NCBI GenBank assembly: GCA_963801605.1
Contig: CAWDFP010000006.1
Location: 1,568,001 to 1,632,000, forward strand
Length of the DNA stretch: 64,000 bases
Origin: an uncultured candidate division Zixibacteria bacterium
GTDB lineage: Bacteria > Zixibacteria > MSB-5A5 > UBA10806
Reading direction: 5' to 3'
Part shown: piece after piece, positions 44,670 to 56,821 of the stretch
Layout of the letters: every line of letters starts with the position of its first letter
How positions within the stretch are numbered: position 1 is the stretch's first letter
Program-made: the position numbers and the translations under genes
The notes under the pieces: generated by a model
What the model was told of the DNA's origin: nothing
The model's database searches: none
The model's input: the letters and a program-made list of their open reading frames with translations, nothing else

Positions 44670-44706
44670 GGCCCTCGCTCCTTAACCGGAGCGGGGGCTT
44701 TTTTTT
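44670..44706 (+). terminator. Intrinsic terminator
   Basis: GCCCTCGCTCC...GGAGCGGGGGC followed by a T tract. Confidence 0.85.
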
Positions 44707-45032
44707 GGGTTAAATGTTCAGGCAATTTGGAGAATCAAATTCTTGTAGATTGGAATTTCTATATGAATTCTGATTATCATCAAAATGCTAAAGTGTGAAA
44801 TATTGTGCATCGAAAGGTTAGCGGAGTGCTTTTGCGTTATGATAATTTCAGCCAGGGATAAAAGGGAAATATTAAATGCAACCGCAAAGGCGCAATTAAT
44901 GCAATGCGATGATAGGAGTTATCAACGGGAGTCAGGGTGTCTAAAATATGCACAGAACGATATTAATAGGCATTTATTCGGGCATAACCTTTGCTGAATA
45001 TCTATCTGAACAGAATAGCTTTTGGAGGAATA

Positions 45033-45413
45033 ATGAGGTGCTTCTTTCACGGACGAAATCGAGATGCTGATGGAGTACCGGGATTTAATGGTCTGGTCAG
45101 TTTTGCCATTCCGGATATCGGAATTACATTTAGAGCGCGATATACAGGTAGTCGTGACGAATGCGAATATGCCAGCCTGCTGGCGCTTTTGGAATTCGTA
45201 GAACTTAATCCACATTTATTCAGGAACAAGAGAATCGAGATATATGGCAATGATTACCTGGTTATCAGCCAGGTAAACAAAGGCACGCGACCATCCCGTA
45301 ACCTCGAACCATACATGAACATGGCTGTCGGTTACAGACATAAAATTCCGTTTACGCTTAATTGGATTCCCGATAATGAAAACCTGGCGCAGGATGGTTT
45401 GACAACCGGATAA
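45033..45413 (+). CDS. RNase HI-like protein, apparently catalytically degenerate
   Basis: SD GGAGG; 'ECEYASLLALLE', 'IEIYGNDYLVISQVN', 'LNWIPDNENLA' follow the actinobacterial/archaeal-type RNase HI pattern. Confidence 0.6.
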   Translation: MRCFFHGRNRDADGVPGFNGLVSFAIPDIGITFRARYTGSRDECEYASLLALLEFVELNPHLFRNKRIEIYGNDYLVISQVNKGTRPSRNLEPYMNMAVGYRHKIPFTLNWIPDNENLAQDGLTTG

Positions 45414-45441
45414 ATTTGAACTGTTAAAGCAGTCATCAAAT

Positions 45442-45483
45442 AAAAATCGAGGCTTATGATTATTCCACAGCCTCGATTTTTTT
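45442..45483. terminator. Terminator
   Basis: AAAAATCGAGGCT...AGCCTCGATTTTTTT. Confidence 0.8.
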
Positions 45484-45584
45484 CATTTTATTGACATGAC
45501 GTAAATTTATGCTATCTTATATTTTCGATGGGTATCGATTGCCCTGGTAGAGAGCCAAGTCTTATTGACAATAAGGAGCGGTAA

Positions 45585-47849
45585 ATGAATAAAAGCATTT
45601 CATTTTTAATTGCCTTGATTCTGATTTCCTCGTCGCTGGCGATGGGCGCCACTCAGGAACGTCCCATGCTGGTACGGGTCGATCTCAGTCAACCGGGCGC
45701 CAGGGATATTATCCGTCAGGGCGATTTCGATATCGCAACTGTGACGCGAGACGGGTTTGCCGAAATCGTAGCCGATGACAACGATTACCAGAGATTGCTA
45801 AGCGCCGGGTTGCAACCGCAGATTATACATGACGATTTAGTGGCATTTTATCAATCGCGCACACCGGTGACCGCCACCATGGGGGGATTCCGGACGCTAT
45901 CCGAAGCGCTCGCATATATGGATACGCTTCATACGCTTTATCCAAATTTAACCACGGCCAGGGATTCCATTGGCCATACTTACCAGGGGCGTGGCATCTG
46001 GATGATGAAGATTTCTCAACATCCTGATTCCATGGAAGATAAGCCGCGATTGTTGATCAATGGCCTGACCCATGCCAGAGAGCCGATGGGAATGGAAGCC
46101 TGTTTGAGATATATGAATTATCTATTAAGCAATTATGGCACTGATTCGATGGCCACTTATTTAGTCAATAATCGCGAATTTTATTTCGTACCGATATTCA
46201 ATGCCGATGGCTATGAGTACAATCGTCAAACCAACCCCAACGGCGGCGGCATGTGGCGAAAAAATCGTCATGGGCAGGGGGTCGATCTTAACCGCAATTG
46301 GGGATACATGTGGGGTTATGATAACAACGGCTCATCGCCTAATGCCTGGGCGGAAACTTATCGCGGGACGGCCGCCTTTTCCGAGCCGGAGACTCAATCC
46401 CTGAGAGCTTTCATCGATTCGACGCATTTTAATATCATAATGAGTTTTCATACATTTGGCGATTATTTCCTCTATCCCTGGGGGTATGCCAATATTTACA
46501 CTCCCGATCAGGCACTATTTGAAATAATCGGTGATGTCTGCACCGCAACGAATGGATATATGCCCGGGACTCCCTGGGAGCTTTTGTATAATACCAACGG
46601 GGAATGCACAGATTGGATGTATGGTGAGACAACCGAAAAGCCCAGAGTGTTGGGATTCGTCATGGAAATTGGCGATCAAAATGATGGATTCTGGGCTCAA
46701 CCGAGCCGCGTTCCGGTTCTCTGGGAAGGGGTACTTCCGGCGCTATTATATCTTTCCAGGATTGCAGCCGATCCATACGCCGAAGGCCCGCCGAATGCGC
46801 CGGTTCTGAATCCCATAGGCAATATCGATACCGATTCGCTAACGGTAAGCTGGCAGCATAATGATACTTTAAATCCGGCTGTCGCTTATGAACTGGTACA
46901 ATATAGCGCTATGCAACGTGTAACCGACGATTTCGAGCTCGATTATGGGTATTGGAATATGACCGGATTTGCCTGGAGATCGACACGTTCTCATTCCGGC
47001 ACTTATTCTCTTTTTTCGGGCGATCAGAACAATTATGATGCCCTCTCACGCCGGACAACCGCAATTGAAGTCGGAGTTGGCGATACGCTTAAATTTTGGA
47101 CATGGTACGATATCGAGCAGGGATACGATTACGCCTATGTACAACTTTCAACCGATGGGGGCCTGACGTTCACCAATATCCCGGGTAATATAACGACAAT
47201 TTATAACCCCAATAATCGTAATATGGGGAATGGTATTACCGGGACTACGGCGAATTGGACCTTAGCGAAATTCCCGCTCAACTCTTATGTCGGACAATCG
47301 GTAGTATTGGGATTTCGATATAACACTGACGGGGCAACAACAGGCGAAGGATTCTATGTTGACGATTTCTGGCCGATTGAATCCTTCCAGCATATCGATA
47401 CTTTAAATTCCAATATTACGACTAATTACTACAATATCTCGAATCTTGCCGACGGAAATTATTACTACGAGGTTCGCGCCAGGGATGCACAAGGACAATG
47501 GTCGGGATTTTCCAACCGCGAGACAGCAATCGTTCATCTGCTTTCGGCCGGAGATGAGCCAAACCTGCCGGTATCGCTATCGTTGAGCCAGAACTATCCC
47601 AATCCTTTTAATCCTAATACTACGATTTCATTCACAATTCCCGGAAAGACCCACGTGGAACTGAGTGTTTACGATGTCACGGGCGCCAGGGTGGCGACCA
47701 TGATGAATTCGGATCTTGAGGCCGGAAACTATCATGTCAGTTTCGACGGGGGCGACGAAAATGGTAAGTCGCTTTCGAGCGGAGTATATTTCTACAGGCT
47801 TAAGGCCGATAACCAAGTCTTGACCAGGAAAATGGTTTTCATGAAGTAG
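45585..47849 (+). CDS. M14 zinc carboxypeptidase (carboxypeptidase T-like) with jelly-roll/FN3 and T9SS-like C-terminal domain
   Basis: HARE, NADG, WRKNR, GVDLNRN, YRG..AFSEPET, SFHTF, catalytic E in 'VMEIG'; 'WYDIEQGYDY', NYPNPFN domain. Confidence 0.92.
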   Translation: MNKSISFLIALILISSSLAMGATQERPMLVRVDLSQPGARDIIRQGDFDIATVTRDGFAEIVADDNDYQRLLSAGLQPQIIHDDLVAFYQSRTPVTATMGGFRTLSEALAYMDTLHTLYPNLTTARDSIGHTYQGRGIWMMKISQHPDSMEDKPRLLINGLTHAREPMGMEACLRYMNYLLSNYGTDSMATYLVNNREFYFVPIFNADGYEYNRQTNPNGGGMWRKNRHGQGVDLNRNWGYMWGYDNNGSSPNAWAETYRGTAAFSEPETQSLRAFIDSTHFNIIMSFHTFGDYFLYPWGYANIYTPDQALFEIIGDVCTATNGYMPGTPWELLYNTNGECTDWMYGETTEKPRVLGFVMEIGDQNDGFWAQPSRVPVLWEGVLPALLYLSRIAADPYAEGPPNAPVLNPIGNIDTDSLTVSWQHNDTLNPAVAYELVQYSAMQRVTDDFELDYGYWNMTGFAWRSTRSHSGTYSLFSGDQNNYDALSRRTTAIEVGVGDTLKFWTWYDIEQGYDYAYVQLSTDGGLTFTNIPGNITTIYNPNNRNMGNGITGTTANWTLAKFPLNSYVGQSVVLGFRYNTDGATTGEGFYVDDFWPIESFQHIDTLNSNITTNYYNISNLADGNYYYEVRARDAQGQWSGFSNRETAIVHLLSAGDEPNLPVSLSLSQNYPNPFNPNTTISFTIPGKTHVELSVYDVTGARVATMMNSDLEAGNYHVSFDGGDENGKSLSSGVYFYRLKADNQVLTRKMVFMK

Positions 47850-47871
47850 ATAATTTCCAAATGGAAATTGC

Positions 47872-47907
47872 GAGCCCCCCGGATTAAATAATTCAGGGGG
47901 CTTTTTT
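47872..47907 (+). terminator. Intrinsic terminator
   Basis: GAGCCCCC...GGGGGCTTTTTT. Confidence 0.75.
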
Positions 47908-47925
47908 ATGGGGCTCAATAAGTGC

Positions 47926-47954
47926 TTGACCGCAGGCCCATCAATTTGCATAAT
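47926..47954 (+). promoter_or_regulatory. Sigma70 promoter of tRNA-Ser
   Basis: TTGACC-N17-CATAAT. Confidence 0.65.
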
Positions 47955-47966
47955 TGAGAATTGACC

Positions 47967-48050
47967 GGAGGGCTAGCCCTAACTGGTAAGGCAGCAGACT
48001 TGAAATCTGCCGACCGCAAGGTCATGGGGGTTCGAATCCCTCGCCCTCCG
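47967..48050 (+). tRNA. tRNA-Ser (TGA)
   Basis: Acceptor GGAGGGC/GCCCTCC, discriminator G, anticodon arm GCAGA-CTTGAAA-TCTGC, long variable arm GACC-GCAA-GGTC, T-loop TTCGAAT. Confidence 0.92.
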
Positions 48051-48234
48051 CTTAAGTTTCCAGCCCCAATACCAAGTAATTACATAGCATAACATATCCA
48101 TGTTGTATTAATTTTAAAATATTCGCGTTTTTGCTATTTATAAGGCTAGACTTGATGGCAATCGGAAACATCCAGGCCGTCATTTCGGTTAGAAATACCG
48201 AGTTTTAAAGTAGCCGAGGATTCATCACGAGGGG

Positions 48235-48792
48235 GTGGTAATGTCGAAGCTTATTCCGCTATCGGTTTTGATTATAGCCTCGATATGCATTAGCTCCGCA
48301 ATATCGCTTAGCGCTCGGCTGCTTGAAAATAGTTTATCCAAGGCAATAAGCAATATCAGTGAAGGCAATATTATGCAAAATGCATCGGCGACAATCGTAA
48401 AAAGCAATGACGAGTGGCGCAAGGAGCTTTCTCCCAAGCAATATTATATTCTGCGCGAAAAGGGGACTGAAGCCGCCTTTAGCGGGGAATATCTAAATAA
48501 TCATGAAAGCGGAATTTACGTTTGCGCCGGCTGTGGGAATGAACTATTCAGCTCGGCACAAAAGTTTGATTCCGGCACCGGCTGGCCGAGTTTTTGGGCG
48601 CCGATATCGGCGGATAAAATCGAAGAGCATACCGATCAGGCGTTATGGATGACAGTCACCGAAGTGGTCTGCAGCCGTTGCGGCGGACATCTTGGCCATG
48701 TTTTCGATGATGGTCCCAGGCCGACCGGTTTACGCTATTGCATAAATTCGGCAGCGTTAAAATTCATTCCGGCCGTCAAGAAAGAATCATGA
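48235..48792 (+). CDS. msrB: Peptide-methionine (R)-S-oxide reductase
   Basis: LREKGTE, CAGC and CSRC Zn ligands, [28 protein letters not shown]. Confidence 0.95.
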   Translation: MVMSKLIPLSVLIIASICISSAISLSARLLENSLSKAISNISEGNIMQNASATIVKSNDEWRKELSPKQYYILREKGTEAAFSGEYLNNHESGIYVCAGCGNELFSSAQKFDSGTGWPSFWAPISADKIEEHTDQALWMTVTEVVCSRCGGHLGHVFDDGPRPTGLRYCINSAALKFIPAVKKES

Positions 48793-48936
48793 TTTTTGGG
48801 CTATCATTTCCGGCAACGCTAATTTTCCTATCCTCAATTGCGTAAATTTAGTATAATCCTGCGAAATAAATTAAGCGGTTTGTTTTCGATGACATTGAAT
48901 TGGTAATTTTAATTGATTAAATTTGCAGGTTAGGTT

Positions 48937-49395
48937 ATGGTTTCAATATTCAAGAAAATATTCAATCAGAATAACAGTTTTAATATTATCGATACTGAAC
49001 CCGGCAAACGGGTTCAGGTTGCGACCTGCGCCATTTTGATGGCAGTGGCTGGCGCCGATGAGTACACCAAAGAAGAAAGCAGTCGAATTATCCAGATTCT
49101 GGAAAAGGAATTCAATCTGACTGCCGAGGATGCTGAGGCTCTAATCGAGGTGGCCGGCAGAGAATATGACAGGAGTATCGACTATTGGAAATTTACCAAC
49201 ACCCTGAACGTAACTCTTTCGGAAGCCGAACGAATCGGGATAATGGAAAATGTCTGGAGAGTGGTTTATACCGACGGCCAACTGAGCGCCCATGAAGATA
49301 CGCTGGTACATAAATTATCGTTTCTGCTGAACTTACGGCATGACCAGATGATCGCGGCCAAACTTAAAATCAGGAAAGAGCAGGGATTGGATTGA
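48937..49395 (+). CDS. TerB-family protein
   Basis: 'VATCAILMAVAGAD', 'FNLT.EDAEALI', 'VWRVVYTDG.LS.HED'. Confidence 0.8.
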   Translation: MVSIFKKIFNQNNSFNIIDTEPGKRVQVATCAILMAVAGADEYTKEESSRIIQILEKEFNLTAEDAEALIEVAGREYDRSIDYWKFTNTLNVTLSEAERIGIMENVWRVVYTDGQLSAHEDTLVHKLSFLLNLRHDQMIAAKLKIRKEQGLD

Positions 49396-49560
49396 TAGGA
49401 GAGGGCGGGGATTTACGAGTTAGAATTTATTCTTTTTTTGAATTCACCCGATTGCCTAAATGGGATGATTTAGCCGGTCGTAAAACCCTCAACCGTCAAT
49501 ATTTTTGCTTGACGACCATTGAATCAGGCATATATTGGTCCTGTTTTTGGATTAGGAGTC

Positions 49561-49791
49561 GTGACAGAAAATAAACAAAAGGGCTATCGCCAACTCGCCC
49601 TGGCGACAACGATTCCTCTAATTATGGTGGCGGCCCCCGCAGTGGGATATTTTATCGGGGTATATCTCGATAAACTGCTGGGTTTGAAAGGCACCATGTC
49701 GATCATCTTCCTGCTTTTGGGGGTAGTGGCCGGAGGGCTTGAGACTTATAACCTGATAAAAGAGATAATTAAAGAAGACAGTGGATCTTAA
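49561..49791 (+). CDS. atpZ: AtpZ/AtpI-family small membrane protein
   Basis: GTG after AGGAG; 'GYFIGVYLDK....FLLLGVVAG'; first gene of the atp operon. Confidence 0.8.
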   Translation: MTENKQKGYRQLALATTIPLIMVAAPAVGYFIGVYLDKLLGLKGTMSIIFLLLGVVAGGLETYNLIKEIIKEDSGS

Positions 49792-50197
49792 ATTCGTTGA
49801 TAGGGTTATAAAGACAACCCTGATACTTTCAGCAGTACTTTTTCCTTTCTTCGCGCTTTACATTAAAATGAGCTTTGCGCTCTCTGTTCTTTTTGGCGCT
49901 GTTTGGGGCGCTCTGAATTTATTAGGAATTAAAATCATTATCACAAGCTTGCTGCCCGGGCCGACCAGAAAACCGGTTTTAGGTTTTGCGGTATTGTTTC
50001 TCAAGCTGCCAGTCCTGTATATAATCGGATATTTCTTGGTAACATGGCACTACCTGTCTGTCTATGGTTTGCTGTGGGGCTTTTCAGGAATTTTTATTGT
50101 GGCGTTACTAAAGGTGTTGGGACGGATGTATCTCGGTCTCGATGATATCAAGAAGGCGCCGGAAAGCAGCCCCAAGGCTCAGGGGACAAAAGCGTGA
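49781..50197 (+). CDS. atpI: ATP synthase protein I
   Basis: Four TM segments, position before atpB. Confidence 0.75.
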   Translation: MDLKFVDRVIKTTLILSAVLFPFFALYIKMSFALSVLFGAVWGALNLLGIKIIITSLLPGPTRKPVLGFAVLFLKLPVLYIIGYFLVTWHYLSVYGLLWGFSGIFIVALLKVLGRMYLGLDDIKKAPESSPKAQGTKA

Positions 50198-51051
50198 ATC
50201 ATCTCTTGACCTTGTTCGCGGTAGCGCAAACCGAACATTCCGCAGTCGCCGATACAGTTGCCCATGCTGCCAGCGGGACAGCCGAACAGAGCGCTCCCGA
50301 ATTTCCGAACATATTAGAGATTCTTCATCAAACCTATCACGGTCAAAATGCGCTTATAAATTTACTTTTCCAGTTCAGGATTGTCTTTTTCTCGACGCTG
50401 GTTTGGCTCATCCTGGGGCTTTTGGCATACGCGGCATTTCGGAAGAGGACTCTAATACCGTCCCCAATTCAAAATTTTATGGAATGGGTGGTGGAGTCGT
50501 TAGCTAATATGATCACCGGGGTTCTGGGGGAGAGAGGCAAGCAGTTCATTCCATTTATCGGAACTCTCTTCGTGTACATTTTCGGTATGAACCTGTTCGG
50601 CCTTATACCGGGTATGTTTTCACCGACATCCAAACTTAATACGACCTTAGCATTGGCCATATGCGTTTTCTTATATGTGCAATATACCGGCCTTCGAAAT
50701 TTTGGAATACTGGGATATTTGCATCACTTAGCAGGGTCACCCAAATCGGGCGTTGAGTGGGCTTTGGTGCCGCTCAATTTACCGCTGCATATAATCGGAG
50801 AGCTGGCCAGGCCGGTATCGCTCTCGCTTCGTCTTTTCGGGAATATCACCGGTGAGGATATGCTTTTGGCGATCTTCGCAACGCTGGGAGTTTCGGTGCT
50901 GAGTTTCACGCACATGCCCATTGGAATTCCCCTGCAGTTGCCGTTCATATTCCTGGCGATTTTAACCAGCTTTGTGCAGGCGCTGGTTTTTACCCTTCTG
51001 ACGACAATTTATTTTTCACTTATGTCAACCCATGATGAAGAGCATCATTAA
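50194..51051 (+). CDS. atpB: F0 subunit a
   Basis: 'ARPVSLSLRLFGNI' (essential Arg), 'VQALVFTLL..IY'. Confidence 0.95.
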   Translation: MNHLLTLFAVAQTEHSAVADTVAHAASGTAEQSAPEFPNILEILHQTYHGQNALINLLFQFRIVFFSTLVWLILGLLAYAAFRKRTLIPSPIQNFMEWVVESLANMITGVLGERGKQFIPFIGTLFVYIFGMNLFGLIPGMFSPTSKLNTTLALAICVFLYVQYTGLRNFGILGYLHHLAGSPKSGVEWALVPLNLPLHIIGELARPVSLSLRLFGNITGEDMLLAIFATLGVSVLSFTHMPIGIPLQLPFIFLAILTSFVQALVFTLLTTIYFSLMSTHDEEHH

Positions 51052-51066
51052 GAGTAGGAGGATTTA

Positions 51067-51288
51067 ATGGATCCCAAAACATCAGTAGGATTTCTTCTGC
51101 CGCTGGCAGTAGGCGTGGCCGCAATCGGGTCGGGCCTGGGTCTCGGCAAGGCAGTTGGCGCCGCCATGGAGGCGATGGGCCGTCAGCCGGAAGCCGCCAG
51201 CAAGATTCAAACGGGCATGATCATCGGCGCGGCCTTCATTGAAGCCCTAACGATTTACGCCCTCGTAGCGGTGATTTTGATCAAGTAA
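51067..51288 (+). CDS. atpE: F0 subunit c (proton-type: EAL, no Na+-site Gln or Ser/Thr)
   Basis: GSGLGLG, RQPEA, FIEALTIY. Confidence 0.95.
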   Translation: MDPKTSVGFLLPLAVGVAAIGSGLGLGKAVGAAMEAMGRQPEAASKIQTGMIIGAAFIEALTIYALVAVILIK

Positions 51289-51289
51289 G

Positions 51290-51793
51290 ATGGAGGATAT
51301 TGCAAAATCCCTGGATCTCAATTGGGGACTGATAATCACTCAGATTATCGGATTCCTGATTGCGATGTGGATATTGAAGGCGTTCGCCTGGAAACCGCTT
51401 TTAGGGATGCTGGAAGCCCGTAAGAACAAGATCTCCGGCGATATCAAAGACGCCGAACAGATCAAAGCCGAGGCCGGTAAGCTGCTTGAGGATTATCGCG
51501 CCAAGCTTCGTGATATTGACAACGAGGCCAGGGCACGTATCCAGGAAGCGGTTAACGATGGCAGCCGCATTTCGGTTGAGATCAAAGAACAGGCGCGTAA
51601 AGAGGCTCAACAGATTCTCGCAAAATCCCGTGATGAAATGGCCCGTGATATAGCCAAGGCGCGCGTTCAATTGCGGGACGAGATTGCAACGATGGCAGTC
51701 AGAGCCGCCGAGAAGATAATATCCACACGTCTGAATGAAGCGGAGCAGCGTCGTTTGCTTGACGATTTCCTTAAGGAGGTCGACCAGGCTTGA
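51290..51793 (+). CDS. atpF: F0 subunit b
   Basis: N-terminal TM 'FAWKPL...R...I', coiled coil. Confidence 0.93.
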   Translation: MEDIAKSLDLNWGLIITQIIGFLIAMWILKAFAWKPLLGMLEARKNKISGDIKDAEQIKAEAGKLLEDYRAKLRDIDNEARARIQEAVNDGSRISVEIKEQARKEAQQILAKSRDEMARDIAKARVQLRDEIATMAVRAAEKIISTRLNEAEQRRLLDDFLKEVDQA

Positions 51794-52338
51794 AAGACAC
51801 CCGCGTTGCGCAGCGTTATGCTCATGCTCTCTTCCAGGTTGCCGTATCGAGGCAGATGGTCGAGACTATGGCCTCGGAGCTTTTTCAGCTTCGTTCTTTC
51901 AGCGACAAAGACGCGAGCTTTTTGCATTTTCTAAAAGCTCCACAGGTCTTAAAGGAAGATAAAGCGAAACTGATAACATCGCTTTTTGCCTCGCGTATTT
52001 CGCCACCGCTGGTTTCGTTTATCCAGCTTTTAATCGAAAAAAACAGGATTGAGTTTTTAAGCGACATCGCCAGGGATTTCGAAGAGCTCTTGCAGGATTA
52101 TCGCGATATTATTAAAGCTCAGGTTACAACCGCTGTCCCGGTTACGGATGAGTTCAAGGAGCTATTGCGAGTCAGGCTCGAAAAGCTTAGCGGAAAAAAG
52201 ATCGAGATTGAACATAAAATCGATAAAGGCATTATTGGCGGCATAATCGTCAACTTAAATTTCAAAGTTATCGACCGTTCGGTGAAACATGAGTTAGAAT
52301 CGTTAAAGCACGGTCTCATGTCGTTAAAGGTATATTAA
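51790..52338 (+). CDS. atpH: F1 subunit delta
   Basis: 'VAQRYAHALF', 'IIGGII...VID.S'. Confidence 0.93.
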   Translation: MKDTRVAQRYAHALFQVAVSRQMVETMASELFQLRSFSDKDASFLHFLKAPQVLKEDKAKLITSLFASRISPPLVSFIQLLIEKNRIEFLSDIARDFEELLQDYRDIIKAQVTTAVPVTDEFKELLRVRLEKLSGKKIEIEHKIDKGIIGGIIVNLNFKVIDRSVKHELESLKHGLMSLKVY

Positions 52339-52350
52339 AGGGGATTTTAT

Positions 52351-53865
52351 ATGGCGTTTCGACCCGAAGAGGTTAGTTCGATTCTCCAAAAGGAAATAGA
52401 GAAGTATTCAACTAAAATCGAGATGCAATCGGTGGGAACTATTCTCCAGGTGGGAGATGGTATTGCCCGCATCTGGGGTCTTCAGGACGCCATGCAATCC
52501 GAGCTTCTGCAATTTCCCAATGATATCATCGGTATAGTATTAAATCTCGAGGAAGACTCGGTTGCCGCCGCAATTTTTGGCGACGATACTAATATTAAGG
52601 AAGGCGATACGGTCAAGCGCACCGGCGCGGTAGCTCGCGTGCCGGTTGGTGAAGCCCTGGTAGGCCGGGTCGTCAACGCCCTGGGCCATCCGCTCGACGG
52701 AAAGGGGCCAATTGTAACGGACAAATACAGGCCCATCGAAGGCCACGCGCCAAACGTAGTTTCCCGTCAGCCGGTGAAAGAGCCGGTACAAACCGGTCTC
52801 AAGGCTGTCGATTCGATGATCCCAATTGGGCGCGGCCAGCGCGAACTCATCATCGGCGACCGTCAAACCGGTAAAACCGCACTGGCTATCGATACGATTA
52901 TTAATCAGCGCGATTCCGATCTCTTTTGCATATATGTAGCCATTGGCCAGAAATCGTCAACAGTGGCCCAGGTGATCGAAACGCTTCATAAGCACAAAGC
53001 CATGGATTATACAACTGTAGTGGTTGCCGCCGCAGATGACCCGGCCCCGCTGCAATATATCGCTCCCTATTCGGGCTGCGCTATCGGGGAGGAGTATCTT
53101 TATACGGGGCGGCATTCGCTGTGCATCTATGATGATTTATCCAAGCACGCCCAGGCATACAGACAGTTGGCGCTTCTGGTGCGCCGTCCTCCGGGAAGGG
53201 AGGCCTATCCCGGCGACGTTTTCTATCTGCATTCCCGTCTATTGGAGCGTGCCGCCAAGCTTTCGGAGAAAAACGGGTCAGGATCGCTAACTGCGCTGCC
53301 GATCATCGAGACTCAGGCGGGCGACGTTTCCGCGTATATCCCGACCAACGTGATCTCGATCACCGACGGTCAAATTTATCTTGAGGCTGATCTTTTCTAT
53401 TCGGGCGTCAGGCCCGCTATCAACGTTGGAATCTCCGTTTCGCGCGTAGGCGGTCATGCACAAACGGAAGCTATGAAAAAAGTCGCGGGACGCTTAAGGC
53501 TCGATCTGGCACAATACCGCGAACAAGCAGCCTTTGCGCAATTTGGTTCCGATCTCGATGAGGCCACACAACGTCAGTTGACTCGTGGTTCCAGAACGAT
53601 AGAAATATTAAAGCAGAATCAATATATCCCGATGCCGCTGGAAAAACAGGTGACTATCATTTGGGTAGCGGTCAACGGATATCTTGATGATCTTCCTTTG
53701 GACGTTTGCCGGCGTTTCGAGGCGGAATTCCATCTCTATATTGCGGATAAATACCCTGATATTTTCCACGAGATTGCCACCAAAAAGGATTTGACAACCT
53801 CGGTGGTGGAAAAGCTTAAAGATGCAACGCTCAAATTCAAAGCAGAGTTTAAGGCGAAGCTCTAA
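52351..53865 (+). CDS. atpA: F1 subunit alpha
   Basis: [35 protein letters not shown]. Confidence 0.98.
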   Translation: MAFRPEEVSSILQKEIEKYSTKIEMQSVGTILQVGDGIARIWGLQDAMQSELLQFPNDIIGIVLNLEEDSVAAAIFGDDTNIKEGDTVKRTGAVARVPVGEALVGRVVNALGHPLDGKGPIVTDKYRPIEGHAPNVVSRQPVKEPVQTGLKAVDSMIPIGRGQRELIIGDRQTGKTALAIDTIINQRDSDLFCIYVAIGQKSSTVAQVIETLHKHKAMDYTTVVVAAADDPAPLQYIAPYSGCAIGEEYLYTGRHSLCIYDDLSKHAQAYRQLALLVRRPPGREAYPGDVFYLHSRLLERAAKLSEKNGSGSLTALPIIETQAGDVSAYIPTNVISITDGQIYLEADLFYSGVRPAINVGISVSRVGGHAQTEAMKKVAGRLRLDLAQYREQAAFAQFGSDLDEATQRQLTRGSRTIEILKQNQYIPMPLEKQVTIIWVAVNGYLDDLPLDVCRRFEAEFHLYIADKYPDIFHEIATKKDLTTSVVEKLKDATLKFKAEFKAKL

Positions 53866-53887
53866 AGTTATTCAGAGATAAACAGAG

Positions 53888-54745
53888 ATGGCATCACTTC
53901 GCGATATTAAACGACGCATTAAGTCGGTTCAGAATACTCAGCAGATCACCAAAGCCATGGAAATGGTTTCGGCGGTTAAGCTTCGTAAAGCGCAGCAGCG
54001 TGTCGAGGCTGCCCGTCCGTATGGCCTCAAAATGCAACAGATGCTCGAATCTGTGGCTGCCGCCGCGGCCGGTTTGAATCATCCACTATTTGAGGAACGC
54101 GATGTTAAAACCACGCTACTGGTGGTCTTCACATCGGATCGCGGCCTGGCGGGATCTTATAACAGCAATATTTTCAGGAATGCCACACGCTACCTGAAGG
54201 AAAGGCCGGAAGGCAGCGTCAGGCTGGGTTTGATCGGTAAAAAGGCGATGGAGTATTTTAAGCGGCGGAAGTATCCGATCGATTTTAGCATAACTGATTT
54301 AGGGGCTAATGTAGACCTGGTCAGAACGCGCCGCCTGGCAACTGATATCACCAATAAATTTAAGAGCGGCGAGGTGGACGAGGTTCGCCTGCTTTATACG
54401 CGGTTTGTTTCGATGACGAGCTATCGCATTACTATTGAAAGATTTTTACCAATCGAAAAACCGGCCAGCGCCGGTGAACAGACGGTAACCGACTATATAT
54501 TCGAACCAAATGCCGATGGTATTTTTTCGAATCTGGTGCCGCGTTATTGTGTTACGAAAATACTTCAAGCCATGCTGGAATCATTTGCATCGGAACATGG
54601 TTCTCGAATGATTTCGATGGGCAATGCCACCAAAAATGCTAAAGAGTTGATTGAACATCTTACAATAGTGCGCAACAATGCCAGGCAGGCCGCGATCACC
54701 AAGGAGCTGCTCGATATCGTTGGCGGCGTTGAGGCGCTGAAGTAA
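53888..54745 (+). CDS. atpG: F1 subunit gamma
   Basis: ITKAMEMVS, SDRGLAG, ARQAAIT.EL. Confidence 0.97.
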   Translation: MASLRDIKRRIKSVQNTQQITKAMEMVSAVKLRKAQQRVEAARPYGLKMQQMLESVAAAAAGLNHPLFEERDVKTTLLVVFTSDRGLAGSYNSNIFRNATRYLKERPEGSVRLGLIGKKAMEYFKRRKYPIDFSITDLGANVDLVRTRRLATDITNKFKSGEVDEVRLLYTRFVSMTSYRITIERFLPIEKPASAGEQTVTDYIFEPNADGIFSNLVPRYCVTKILQAMLESFASEHGSRMISMGNATKNAKELIEHLTIVRNNARQAAITKELLDIVGGVEALK

Positions 54746-54794
54746 GATTCGTCGTAAAGTGTGAAAAAAAGAATTCAGGATATAAAAGGATTAG

Positions 54795-56210
<1,416 letters not shown>

Positions 56211-56213
56211 GAT

Positions 56214-56615
56214 TTGTTCAAGCTTTCGGTAGTTACTCCCGAAAAGCCCCTTATCGACCAGGAGGCCCGATCCATCATCGCTCCCGGAACCGAAGGATAT
56301 CTCGGTATTTTAACAGATCATGCTCCGTTGATTACCGCTCTGATTCCTGGCAAGCTGACAGTTACAGATCCGTCTAATTCGGAATTATTCTATGCAATTT
56401 CGGGCGGTTTCCTGGAGGTTTCGCATAATATCGTTACGATCTTGGCCGATGCTATTGAGCCGATAGAACAGATCGATCTAAGCCGTGCTCAGGAGGCTGA
56501 AACCCGTGCTCGTGAGCGTTTAGCAAGTAGAACCAGGCCCGATATTGATGTTCCTCGCGCGGAGGCAGCGTTGGCAAGAGCGCTAAACAGGATTCGATTG
56601 CTAAGCAACCGCTAA
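56214..56615 (+). CDS. atpC: F1 subunit epsilon
   Basis: 'VVTPE', 'G.LGIL..HAP', 'ISGGFLEV', C-terminal helices. Confidence 0.95.
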   Translation: MFKLSVVTPEKPLIDQEARSIIAPGTEGYLGILTDHAPLITALIPGKLTVTDPSNSELFYAISGGFLEVSHNIVTILADAIEPIEQIDLSRAQEAETRARERLASRTRPDIDVPRAEAALARALNRIRLLSNR

Positions 56616-56633
56616 AAAAAATATCACTAAATA

Positions 56634-56669
56634 CAAATTGGGGCCATCATTTATTATGACCCCAATTTG
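56634..56669. terminator. Terminator between the atp operon and the convergent dockerin gene
   Basis: CAAATTGGGG...CCCCAATTTG hairpin. Confidence 0.6.
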
Positions 56670-56821
56670 ATATTTTCATGCTAAATATCGGACATAAAAA
56701 ATATGATTCGCGACCGCAAAATGAGGAGATCGAATGGCTCGCCCATTGCTTATTTATCGATGAATCGGATTGCAATCTCTTAAGGCAACTTCCTCAATAA
56801 TTCCAGTTTATTGGAACTAAA

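Noticed and set aside
44785..44997. Small ORF between the S8 gene and the RNase H-like gene
   Set aside because: No SD, no recognisable motif, AT-rich intergenic character.
47967..48050. tRNA with 'TGA' in the anticodon loop and a long variable arm as tRNA-Sec or an opal suppressor
   Set aside because: Anticodon 5'-TGA-3' reads UCA (Ser); tRNA-Sec needs TCA. The 7-bp acceptor stem and G discriminator fit tRNA-Ser.
48235..48792. Selenocysteine-containing MsrB
   Set aside because: The catalytic codon is TGC (RYCINS) and there is no in-frame TGA.
51067..51288. Na+-translocating ATP synthase
   Set aside because: The c subunit lacks the Gln and E-S/T Na+ signature (it has GLGLG and EAL).
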